A DNA stretch of 64,000 bases from Macrostomum lignano (taxonomy: Eukaryota): the NCBI GenBank assembly GCA_002269645.1, contig NIVC01003432.1, positions 33,936 through 97,935 of the forward strand, written 5' to 3'. Positions within the stretch are counted from its first letter, which is position 1. Every line of letters begins with the position of its first letter. The notes beneath the pieces were generated by a model. That model was not told the origin of the DNA and made no database searches. It saw only the letters and a program-made list of their open reading frames with translations. Below, in pieces: positions 50,906 to 62,433 of the stretch. A program made the position numbers and the translations under genes.

Positions 50906-53900
50906 TTAGGTCTGCGGCAGATAGTGCTCAACCCGTTCGAGCAGTGAATCAGAGTAGCCGGGGCTGTAGTACTTCACAATCTCCTCCGGGTAGCAGTTGT
51001 TGATGGTGTTGATGTACTCCGCTAGAGCGCTGCCCGGCTCCGCTCTGATCTCCTGGATCTTCTTCAGCCCGCCTGAGGTGACGAACAGTCGGCGGGACTT
51101 GGGATTGTGCGGCAGCACCTTGCTGAACTGGGCCACCACGTGCTTGAGGATGTTGGCCGGGGCTTCTTGGAGCAGCGGCTCCAGAGCCTCGAGGTGGACG
51201 CACTTTTGAAGGATGTGTTTCAGCGCTTTCTTGGACTGCCAAGGTTAGGGTTTGAGGAAGTGGTTTACTCAGGATTCTTCAGGTAATACTCAGGATTTAC
51301 ATCTTCAGGTAATACTCAGGATTTACATCTTCAGGTAATACTCAGGATTTACATCTTCAGGTAATACTCAGGATTTACATCTTCAGGTAATACTCAGGAT
51401 TTACATCTTCAGGTAATACTCAGGATTTACATCTTCAGGTAATACTCAGGATTTACATCTTCAGGTAATACTCAGGATTTACATCTTCAGGTAATACTCA
51501 GGATTTACATCTTCAGGTAATACTCAGGATTTACATCTTCAGGTAATACTCAGGATTTACATCTTCAGGTAATACTCAGGATTTACATCTTCAGGTAATA
51601 CTCAGGATTTACATCTTCAGGTAATACTCAGGATTTACATCTTCAGGTAATACTCAGGATTTACATCTTCAGGTTTCTTAAGACTCCAATTATCAGTCAT
51701 TTAGACACTTGGAGTCACTTAGAACATTGCAGGTAGTTATCGCAATCGCAATCCTCACCTTGATCTGCAGATCCTCGCTAACATCGGGCCTCAAATAAGC
51801 TCTGAGCAGTTTGGGCAGCACATTGGCCTGAGCAACAGCCTTGGCGTGCTCGGGCGAGTGGCGGCCAATCTGGCCCAGAGACCAGGCCGCCGCAGCCTGG
51901 ATGTGGTCCTCAGACTCGGTTTGCAGGACCGCGTCCAACGTTAGTACACCCTGCGGATGGGGGGGGCACGATCGTGATCTTAGGCTTTTGAAAGAATTGA
52001 GAAAATAAGCGCAGCGTGGGAGAGGCGGGATGGGGAGCGGGGGCGGCAGCCAATGGAGGGTTTTGGGCTACGAGGCAACCCCCATTTATTACTAGACTTG
52101 TAAAATATACGAGCTATATTTTAACTGCACTACTTACACTACAGATATCAGTAGACAAACTTGAAAATTTAATTTTTATACAAATGTAGCTCGTAAATGT
52201 AATTGCACATGTAAATAGCTTATGAAGAACGTGTTAATAAATCGAGACGGGGATTCCAGACACAAGCTCACACAGGGTGCACAGGGGCCCTGACTTTCTA
52301 ATCGTCAGGCATGTACAGTCTCCGTGCCTTTGGGGAATGAAAATGAACTCCAGGCACTCATTTTAGCGCCACAGGCACTCATTTTAGCGCCGCAGGCACT
52401 CATTTTAGCGCCGCAGGCACTCATTTTAGCGCCGCAGGCACTCATTTTAGCGCCGCAGGCACTCATTTTAGCGCCGCAGGCACTCATTTTAGCGCCGCAG
52501 GCACTCATTTTAGCGCCGCAAGCACTCATTTTAGCGCCACAGGCACTCATTTTAGCGCCGCAGGCACTCATTTTAGCGCCGCAGGCACTCATTTTAGCGC
52601 CGCAGGCACTCATTTTAGCGCCGCAGGCACTCATTTTAGCGCCGCAGACACTCATTTTAGCGCCGCAGGCACTCATTTTGTCGCCCCGTTGGCGACGCCT
52701 CCATAGTTAATCCCCAGACAGATTATGTCTGTTAAAAATTACCCTGGACACAATGACAGCCATGGCCAGATTCTCAGAGTGGGCGGCCACATATCCAAGC
52801 ATCATGACTCCCGGCAGGCGGACGTTCCCTCGACTGTCGCCGACAAAATCGACAATGGCGGCAACTCCGCCCGCATTCACAATGAGCTGCGACAGCTCAG
52901 GCGTGTGCTTGGCAACCTCGCGGATGAGGGTGGCGCAGTTCTTGCGAACATATTCGTCCGGGTCCTTCAGGCAGGTCAGCACAGCCGGGAAGATTTCGGC
53001 TTCGACCACCATTTCGGCCAGATCGACGGAGTGCTTGGAGATCTGGGCGAGGGCTGAGAACACCTGACGCTTCAGCTTGGCGTCAGGGTTCAGCACCATC
53101 TGGGCCAAGTGGGCGATCGCGCCTGGTATCGGGGGAGGCAGGGGACGGAGATTTTAATGGATTTTTCTCTTGCATTCTTATAATAATTTTCCACTTTCAT
53201 CTCCCTCTCATCTCCCCCTCTCATCTCCCCTCCCATCTTTACTCTCATCTCCAATCCCATCTCCCCTCTCATCCCCTCTCATCTCCCCTCCCATCTTCAC
53301 TCTCATCTCCCCTCCCATCTTCACTCTCATCTCTCCTCCCATCTCCCCACCCATCTCGCCTCTCACCCCCCTCTCATCCTCTTTCCTCACCCCCCTCTCA
53401 TCCCCCCTCATCCCTCTCTCACCCCTTCTCATCTCCCCTCTCATCCCCTTCTCATCTCCTCTCTCAACACCTCTCATAACGCCTCTTATCTCTTCTATCA
53501 TGAGATTAGATGAGAAATATAGCAGTCTGACTCTTATTCCTCTCTTTCTTCCATAGATTGTCCAAATCCCCATCCCGTTCCAAACTTCCTCCCAACTCAC
53601 CAGCGTCCACCACAGTCTGGGCGAGCTCTGGCGAGTGCTTAGAAATGTCGGACAGGGCCGAGGCGGCGATCCGCTTGAGGCTGAGGTCGGGCTCCTGCAC
53701 GCACAGCACCAGGAGCGGCACCGCGCCAGCGTCCACCACAGCCTGGGCGAGCTCCGGCCCGTGTCTGGCGATGTAGCCGAGGGCCCAGGCGGCGCTCTCC
53801 TTGACGCCCGGGTCGAATTCCTCCAGACAGATGACCAGAGCGTCTAGGGCGCCGCAGTCAACGACGGCTTGAGCCAGTTCTGGCGAGTGCTTGGCAACGG

Positions 53901-55486
53901 CGCGGAGTACGAATGCGGCGGCCTTTTTGTAGAAGCGCTGAAGGTCGGGGTGAAAAATCGAGTTTTAAAAAAAGCGCAAAAATCGAACTGATAAAGGCGC
54001 CGAAATCGAACTAATAAAAGGCGCCGAAATCGAACTAATAAAAGGCGCCGAAATCGAACTGATAAAGGCGCCCACATCGAACTTATAAAGGCGCCAAAAT
54101 CGAACTTATAAAGGCGCCGAAATTGAACTAATAAAGGCGCCAAAATCGAACTGATAAAGGCGCCAAAATCAAACTAATAAAGGCGCCAAAATCGAACTGA
54201 TAAAGGCGCCAAAATCAAACTAATAAAGGCGCCAAAATCGAACTGATAAAAGGCGCCGAAATCGAACTGATAAAGGCGCCGAAATTGAACTGATAAAGGC
54301 GCCGAAATCAAACTGATAAAGGCGCCAAAATCGAACTTATAAAGGCGCCGAAATCGAGCTGATAAAAGGCGCCTAAATCGAACTGAAAGGTGCCAAAATC
54401 TATTTGAAAGAGCGCCATTCTATTCATTCTATTCGTATTCTTCCTCTCGAAAGATTTTTAAGACTTTTATTGATTGCGATAGACAAGCGTTGCTAATCCA
54501 AGTAGCACTACATGTGTCTAACGCCAAAAAACCAAAAACTCACATTTTGCTCGGCGAGGGAATAGACCAGCTGCGGCAGGATGTCGCCTTTGACAACGGC
54601 CTCAGCCAGATCGTCGTTGTAGTTGGCCAGTCGGCCGAGAGCCAAGGCGGCGGTCTGCTGGATAGTGGGCACAATGTCCAGCAGCAGAGGCCGCAGTAGC
54701 GACATGACGCCGGCATTTTGCAGCGTCTCGATGTTCTGAGGCCGGGTGGCCAGCTCGGCGACAGTCTGCACGAACTGGGTGCGAGCCTTCTGGTACTGCT
54801 CGAATACTGAGTGAAATTGTTTTATTAAACTTAAGTAAGCTTTGAATGAATAATAAATAAGACTAAAATCTAACCTTTCAATTCAAAATTTTTTTAACCA
54901 TCAGAAATAAATTGTGGTCTTTTCGTTGCAGCAAAATATTTTTTGAACTTGGATACTTTTAACAAAATTAAATATGCTGCTTTATGTTATATTTATATTA
55001 ATGTATATTAAAGACCATTTAAAATCGAAAATTATTGATAAGATTTTCATGATGAAATAGACATCATTTTGACATTGTTTTTAATGTTGAATTTAAATTA
55101 CTAAAAATTATAATTGATTATTCAGATTATATAACACTACATATGGAAACTATTTTTTCCTATTAAAACAACATCCTTTTTACAGAAATTAAAAAGCACA
55201 GAAATTAAACAAAACTCTTTATCTTAGAATCACACACTTGATCACATAGAATGTTTTACAGCATGAAACTGCATAGAGAACTTAGTCTGCCTTAGGATTT
55301 ATTTGCAAATTTTTTTAGTGTAAATAAGCCTACCAGTACCAGTTCATGTCTTCATAATCATTTCATTTTCTAATTGAATGGCTGTCTTCTTCTTACTGTC
55401 TAAATATACTTCCCTTGAATGATTAACTACCAGTTTTAAGTAACGGACAGCGAACCCTTACCTTGAAGAACCTGTCGTTGGCTCAT
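50906..55486 (-). CDS. SPAG6: Sperm-associated antigen 6 / PF16, armadillo-repeat central-apparatus protein, 508 aa; exons 55462-55486, 54544-54806, 53601-53937, 52743-53122, 51759-51950, 50906-51235
   Basis: Translation MSQRQVLQVFEQYQKARTQFVQTVAELATRPQNIETLQNAGVMSLLRPLLLD...RFYKKAAAFVLRAVAKHSPELAQ...YYSPGYSDSLLERVEHYLPQT closely matches the known SPAG6 sequence; all five introns GT-AG with consistent phases; total 1527 nt. Confidence 0.98.
51270..51675. repeat. 26-bp minisatellite (TTCAGGTAATACTCAGGATTTACATC)n in SPAG6 intron 5
   Basis: Direct. Confidence 0.96.
52357..52682. repeat. 21-bp minisatellite (GCAGGCACTCATTTTAGCGCC)n in SPAG6 intron 4
   Basis: Direct. Confidence 0.96.
53195..53480. 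repeat. Degenerate CT-rich repeat (CTCATCTCCCCT) in SPAG6 intron 3
   Basis: Direct. Confidence 0.85.
53985..54400. repeat. ~23-bp minisatellite (GGCGCCAAAATCGAACTGATAAA)n in SPAG6 intron 2
   Basis: Direct. Confidence 0.94.
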
Positions 55487-55612
55487 CTTTATGCAGCTTG
55501 AATTTACTTGCACTCTGTGCTGAACTGCAAAAAAAGTCACCACGCGTCGCAACCTTTCAATTTATGAAATGCGTTTTGATTTAGGAATTTGAAATACCTC
55601 GCGTTTCCAAAA

Positions 55613-55626
55613 CTTTCTATAGCAAC
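55613..55626. promoter_or_regulatory. X-box (RFX site)-like motif CTTTCTATAGCAAC about 127 bp upstream of the SPAG6 ATG
   Basis: 13/14 match to GTHNYYATRRNAAC; RFX control of ciliary genes is established. Confidence 0.5.
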
Positions 55627-56907
55627 ATCAAAAAGTAAAACAAATGAAACAAAATTGACATAATTTTTGCACAAACGTTATTTAATTACGTTATTAAATT
55701 AAAGTATAGTTAGTTTTTTAGTAGGAAATTATTTTCTACACACTTTCAAATGAAGTAGATTCGGCAGTACAACAGTACAACATCAATCAACGACCATTTG
55801 AATTCATTTATTAGTTTATTTCACTGCAGTTTTATGGATTATACTTATAACTTTAGTAAGCATGATAGAATTGTTTGATTACACTTAATGAGTTTCTAAT
55901 TATCTACATATGTATACTGGGCACACTTCCGCTAAATTCCGTTTTTTCAGTTTCGCTTATTTAATTTTAGTCTGCTCTTAGCAGCTCCTCGTATGTAATG
56001 CGTGAATTCTTTCAACTGCTCTTACAGCAAGCGCCGAACATAGCGTTCAACATAGGCACTGTTGCACATTGTTCATTTGTGCATGATCTTGCTTTATTAT
56101 AGTCATTACTCAGATATTGTCATACAACAATGCTGAGTAGTATCTATAATATTTAGTGAATGTGCCAAATAACGCTAGGCCACACGCATAATTTTAGGAC
56201 GATCGGGTGGCCAATGATCCACCTTGCTTATTTACAAACCGTCTCGCATGTTAGGCTGCCCGTGCAATGAAGCAGATTTAATATTGTCGCTCGAACTCTG
56301 CCGGTATAACCCCTGAGGCCCTGACTACAAATAGCTAGAGGACCCATATGCGCGCGGCAACACGAAAAGGCGAGCTTAGGGACGGGGGTCTAGGACAGGG
56401 GCCAGGTATGGCGTATAGAAGATTGTAGAAAACTCGTTCAATTCAAGCCATATCTTGCGCACAGACTTCGAGTCGAGAGAATTCTAAACCGATCAATAAT
56501 AAAATGACACCAGGCCACTGATTCCCAACCCCTCGACCCATGTACATTTATATATATACTCATCCACGATCTTACCTTCACTGCAATGGGCCCCAGTAAT
56601 ATTGTGCAAGCCCCGACCGAACCTCTCCACCCCAAGCGGGTGGGGGGGGGCACAGGGGGGTGGGTACAGAATAAAGGCCCGGGACCCTCCCCTCTAAACA
56701 TGCACACACTGGCACAGAAAAATTATGACGTAACAATTGCTTTCCAATAGTCTGTCTGCTTCTTCTTCTGACTATATATTTCTTAAGCCTTAAGTTGCAT
56801 TGGCACACTGAGCTAAAACTCTAAACAGGTCGAGCCTTTAATAGTTCTATATATATTCGTCAATACAGTGGGAAGATAGGATTAACCTTTTGTGCTATTA
56901 TAGAGCT

Positions 56908-58434
56908 ATGAAAGCGCACAATGAGCAGATTGAAAATGAGACTGAGGAGCAGCAGCAACTGCAGCAGCAATTGACCAGCAGCAGCAATGATCAGTCACCG
57001 TGTCTGTCAGCATCGACAGAATCTGTCCACTCAACGGGCTCAAGAGGTGTCCCCGAATGTCGAATTTGTCGCAGTTCATCAACGGAGCTTCGCCGAGTTG
57101 GCGACAAGCTTCACCGGGTGAAATGCGCCTGCACTGGCAGCCTGGAGCACCTGTGCGCCCAGTGCTACCAGCGCTATTACCTGGAACAGGAGTTGGAAAG
57201 GTGAGACATTTGAGAACTGATTTTGATCAACTTGCTGGGAATTGAGCCTTTTGTCTGCTGCCTTCCCAGCTGCCTTCCCAGCTCCCTTTCCTGCTGTCTT
57301 CCTTACTGCTTTCCCAGCTGACTTCGCATCTGTCTTACCAGCTACCTGATCTCAGCTATCTTTCTGCAGTAGCTTTCCCAGCTGTTTTCCCAGCTGTCTT
57401 ACCGGCTGTTTTCCCAGCTGTCTTACTGGCTGTTTTCCCAGCTGTCTTACCGGCTGTTTTCCCAACTGTCTTATCAGCTGTTTTCCCAACTGTCTTATCA
57501 GCTGTTTTCTTAGCTGTCTTACCGGCTGTTTCCCAGCTGTCTTACCAGCTGCTTTCCCAGCTGTATTACCAGCTGCTGCTTTCCCAGCTGTCTTACCAGC
57601 TGCTTTCCCAGCTGTCTTACCAGCTGCTGCTTTCCCAGCTGTCTTACCATCTGTTTTCCTAGCTGTCTTACCAGCTGTTTTCCTAGCTGTCTTACCAGCT
57701 GTTTCCCAGCTGTCTTACCAGCTGTTTCCCAGCTGTCTTACCAGCTGATTTCCCAGCTGACCCAGCTGCCTTCTCTGCATTCCTGGTAATCTTCGAGGAT
57801 GGCCCAACAACTGAGGATCTGTGGGAGGCTATCTTTCTCAAGCAGCCTGCAGCTCTATAAACAGCCTTCACTTCCAAGACCCTGTCTCTCTTGCAGATGC
57901 GAAATCTGTCGCCAGCCGATTGACATCGAGGAGAGCAACCCCGCGGCCAGGGCTCTGCTGAAGCTCCGACTTCGCTGCCGCTGCCGCCCCGGTTCCTCGT
58001 CGTCTGACGGGTCCCACAGAAGTCGACGCAATGACAGCGGCTGCATTGAGGGCCGCTTCCTGGCTTACGCCTGCTTCGTTCTAATAGTCTTTGTCGTAGT
58101 CTTTATCATATTCTTTGTCGCTGGGGAGAAGCTTCAGCAGCGAAGGCGCCTCAGGCAGCTGGCGGCACCCGGAGGAGTTGATGATGAAGCCTCGACAGCC
58201 GTCACAACGGCGCCGACGAGACCGATGTCGGATTCTGAGCGCCGAGTTGAAGCTGTGGTGTTCGCCGCGGTGGCCTGCATCAACGTGGCCATCGCGTTGA
58301 TGTACATGGCCTGGCGGAGTTGCGGCAGCTGCGAGCGGCGCCGTCGACACCACAGTCAGTTTCCACAACAGCGGTCAGGTGACCGCGACGTGGAGGCTGT
58401 TGAGCGAATTGCTAACGAAAATCTAAGGGCTTGA
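56908..58434 (+). CDS. MARCH-like RING-CH (RINGv) membrane E3 ubiquitin ligase, 2 exons (56908-57200, 57897-58434), about 276 aa, two TM helices
   Basis: CRIC...CACTGSLEHLCAQC...RCEICRQPI; donor AG|GTGAGA and acceptor ttgcag|A join in phase 2; TMs FLAYACFVLIVFVVVFIIFFVAG and AVVFAAVACINVAIALMYMAW. Confidence 0.88.
57260..57770. repeat. Degenerate ~21-25-bp repeat (TTCCCAGCTGTCTTACCAGCTG) in the MARCH-like intron
   Basis: Direct. Confidence 0.9.
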
Positions 58435-58509
58435 ATATTAGCTAAGTAGGTAATTATATCTTAATCAATTGTGACTAATTTTTAGGATCAGAATTTAACG
58501 TTCAGCAGG

Positions 58510-61210
58510 GGAATTTGGGGATCAGAGTTTTACCTGAGGAATTTGGGGATCAGAGTTTAACCTGAGGAATTTGGGGATCAGATTGTTTTACCTGAGGAAT
58601 TTGGGGATCAGAGTTTTATTTGAGGAACTTGGGGATCAGAGTTTTACCTGAGGAATTTGGGGATCAGAGTTTTACCTGAGGAATTTGGGGATAAGAGTTT
58701 TACCTGAGGAATTTGGGGATCAGAGTTTTACCTGAGGAATTTGGGGATCAGAGTTTTACCTGAGGAACTTGGGGATCAGAGTTTTACCTGAGGAATTTGG
58801 GGATCAGAGTTTTACCTGAGGAATTTGGGGATCAGATCGTTTTACCTGAGGAATTTGGGGATCAGAGTTTTACCTGAGGAATTTGGGGATAAGAGTTTTA
58901 CCTGAGGAATTTGGGGATCAAAGTTTTACATGAGGAATTTGGGGGATCAGAGTTTTACCTGAGGAATTTGGGGATCAGAGTTTTATTTGAGGAACTTGGG
59001 GGATCAGAGTTTTACCTGAGGAATTTGGGGATCAGAGTTTTATTTGAGGAACTTGGGGATCAGAGTTTTACCTGAGGAATTTGGGGATCAGAGTTTTACC
59101 TGAGGAATTTGGGGATCAGAGTTTTACCTGAGGAATTTGGGGATCAGATTTTTACCTGAGGAATTTGGGGGATCAGTGTTTTACCTGAGGAATTTGGGGA
59201 TCAGATCGTTTTACCTGAGGAATTTGGGGATCAGAGTTTTACCTGAGGAATTTGGGGATCAGATCGTTTTACCTGAGGAATTTGGGGATCAGAGTTTTAC
59301 CTGAGGAATTTGGGGATCAGAGTTTTACCTGAGGAATTTGGGGATCAGATCGTTTTACCTGAGGAATTTGGGGATCAGAGTTTTACCTGAGGAATTTGGG
59401 GATCAGAGTTTTACCTGAGGAATTTGGGGATCAGAGTTTTACCTGAGGAATTTGGGGATCAGAGTTTTACCTGAGGAATTTGGGGATCAGAGTTTTACCT
59501 GAGGAATTTGGGGATCAGAGTTTTACCTGAGGAATTTGGGGATCAGAGTTTTACCTGAGGAATTTGGGGATCAGAGTTTTACATGAGGAATTTGGGGATC
59601 AGAGTTTTACCTGAGGAATTTGGGGATCAGAGTTTTACCTGAGGAATTTGGGGATCAGATCGTTTTACCTGAGGAATTTGGGGATCAGATCGTTTTACCT
59701 GAGGAATTTGGGGATCAGAGTTTTACCTGAGGAATTTGGGGATCAGATCGTTTTACCTGAGGAATTTGGGGATCAGAGTTTTACCTGAGGAATTTGGGGA
59801 TCAGATCGTTTTACCTGAGGAATTTGGGGATAGAGTTTTACCTGAGGAATTTGGGGATCAGAGTTTTACCTGAGGAATTTGGGGATCAGAGTTTTACCTG
59901 AGGAATTTGGGGATCAGAGTTTTACCTGAGGAATTTGGGGATCAGAGTTTTACCTGAGGAATTTGGGGATCAGAGTTTTACATGAGGAATTTGGGGATCA
60001 GATCGTTTTACCTGAGGAATTTGGGGATCAGAGTTTTACCTGAGGAATTTGGGGATCAGAGTTTTACCTGAGGAATTTGGGGATCAGAGTTTTACCTGAG
60101 GAATTTGGGGATCAGAGTTTTACCTGAGGAATTTGGGGATCAGATCGTTTTACCTGAGGAATTTGGGGGATCAGAGTTTTACCTGAGGAATTTGGGCATC
60201 AGATCGTTTTACCTGAGGAATTTGGGCATCAGATCGTTTTACCTGAGGAATTTGGGGATCAGATCGTTTTACCTGAGGAATTTGGGATCAGATCGTTTTA
60301 CCTGAGGAATTTGGGGATCAGATCGTTTTACCTGAGGAATTTGGGGATCAGATCGTTTTACCTGAGGAATTTGGGGATAGAGTTTTACCTGAGGAATTTG
60401 GGATCAGATCGTTTACCTGAGGAATTTGGGGATCAGATCGTTTTACCTGAGGAATTTGGGGATCAGATCGTTTTACCTGAGGAATTTGGGGATCAGAGTT
60501 TTACCTGAGGAATTTGGGGATCAGATCGTTTTACCTGAGGAATTTGGGGATCAGATCGTTTTACCTGAGGAATTTGGGGGATCAGAGTTTTACCTGAGGA
60601 ATTTGGGGATCAGATCGTTTTACCTGAGGAATTTGGGGATAGAGTTTTACCTGAGGAATTTGGGGATCAGAGTTTTACCTGAGGAATTTGGGGATCAGAT
60701 CGTTTTACCTGAGGAATTTGGGGATAAGAGTTTTACCTGAGGAATTTGGGGATCAGAGTTTTACCTGAGGAATTTGGGGATCAGATCGTTTTACCTGAGG
60801 AATTTGGGGATCAGATCGTTTTACCTGAGGAATTTGGGGATCAGAGTTTTACCTGAGGAATTTGGGGATCAGATCGTTTTACCTGAGGAATTTGGGGATA
60901 AGAGTTTTACCTGAGGAATTTGGGGATCAGAGTTTTACCTGAGGAATTTGGGGATCAGATCGTTTTACCTGAGGAATTTGGGGATAAGAGTTTTACCTGA
61001 GGAATTTGGGGATCAGAGTTTTACCTGAGGAATTTGGGGATCAGATCGTTTTACCTGAGGAATTTGGGGATCAGATCGTTTTACCTGAGGAATTTGGGGA
61101 TCAGAGTTTTACCTGAGGAATTTGGGGATCAGATCGTTTTACCTGAGGAATTTGGGGATCAGAGTTTTACCTGAGGAATTTGGGAATCACAGTTTTACCT
61201 GAGGAATTCC
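58510..61210. repeat. 28/30-bp minisatellite (GAGGAATTTGGGGATCAGAGTTTTACCT)n
   Basis: Direct periodicity; GATCG variant units. Confidence 0.97.
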
Positions 61211-61775
61211 TTGACTATCACCACAAATACCTCACTATAACATTTATGTACATTAATGTATATCTTGTCTAAGCAAATTTATGTAACTTTGCATTATTCA
61301 ATAACAATAAGTATTTTCATGTACATTTTTCTAGTTTTATTTAATTAGTACTTTTAACAGTTTTTCTCATTTAAACTTTAAAGGGTTTTGTAATTTGTAT
61401 TCAAAATCTGTACATAAAGCATTACTTGTTTATCTTGCTCAGTAGTAACATTGCCATTTCAAAAAAAATCTTCCAGTATAACAAAAGCGATTTGTTGTTG
61501 TATTTCGTCTCCTAACAAACAGTTGACTTTATCTGATCAACTATCGATATTTCTTTATCTATCATTTTTTTCTACTGTAACAAAAAAGCCAAGTTTTTTC
61601 TGTCGAAATAAATAAAAAAGAGCCGATAATATTGCTTTTTGTTTTAATAATGCAGCACGTCAAAAAGTTGTTGATATTGAATGAAAAATAAACCCTCTCG
61701 TTGGATAAACTTGTTTTAATTGGTTAAACATTTCATCCTCTCATATCCAGTTCAAATCCAATAGGTCATTTAAGG

Positions 61776-61893
61776 TCACCGAATAGAATCGTTATCAAAA
61801 TTAGCAGAGGACCGATTTGCCCCGACGATTGTTGCCATGGCAACCAGGGCAGCGCCGCCGGCAATTCCAAATTGGGCGAAGTCCGCCGAGTAG
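61776..61893 (-). CDS. Candidate terminal exon of the Arg-rich repeat gene, hydrophobic tail (SYSADFAQFGIAGGAALVAMATIVGANRSSANFDNDSIR*)
   Basis: Acceptor catcttgcag|C, phase 2, matches donor AG|GTGGGT at 62434/62433. Confidence 0.5.
61831..61844. promoter_or_regulatory. Perfect palindromic X-box GTTGCCATGGCAAC
   Basis: Exact RFX consensus palindrome. Confidence 0.5.
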
Positions 61894-62059
61894 CTGCAAG
61901 ATGAAACCGGGTGCTTAAATTATTCGGTGCCTGCATGCGTATTTCTAGATTTGTTGAAGCAGTTCGATCAAAATTTTATTAGACATCCCGTCTCAATTCC
62001 AGCCTTAGAAGATAAGGATGAGATACAGGAGCCTATTCAGAATAACAGCTATGAGCGTT

Positions 62060-62410
62060 CCTGAAACTCGTGATATATCAGCATTCCTGAATCTCATATA
62101 TGAAGATTCCTGATTCTCATATATCTGAATTTCTGAATCTCCTATATCAGAATATGAAACATTCCCGAATCTTTTATATTACCATTCCTGAATCCCATAT
62201 ATATGAGCATTCCTGAATCTCACCTATGAGCATTCCTGAATCTCACCTATGAGATTCCTGAATCTCACCTATGAGCATTCCTGAATCTCACCTATGAGCA
62301 TTGCTGAATCTCACCTATGAGCATTCCTGAATCTCACCTATGAGCGTTTCTGAATCTCACCTATGAGCGTTCCTGAATCTCACCTATGAGCGTTCCTGAA
62401 TCTCACCCTA
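62060..62410. repeat. 23-bp minisatellite (TTCCTGAATCTCACCTATGAGCA) in the intron of the Arg-rich gene
   Basis: Direct; degenerate toward 62060. Confidence 0.9.
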
Positions 62411-62433
62411 CAAGATGACACAATGAAACCCAC

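Noticed and set aside
52305-52710. (SACGAKM)n and (QALILAP)n ORFs
   Set aside because: 21-bp array inside SPAG6 intron 4; SPAG6 is full-length without it
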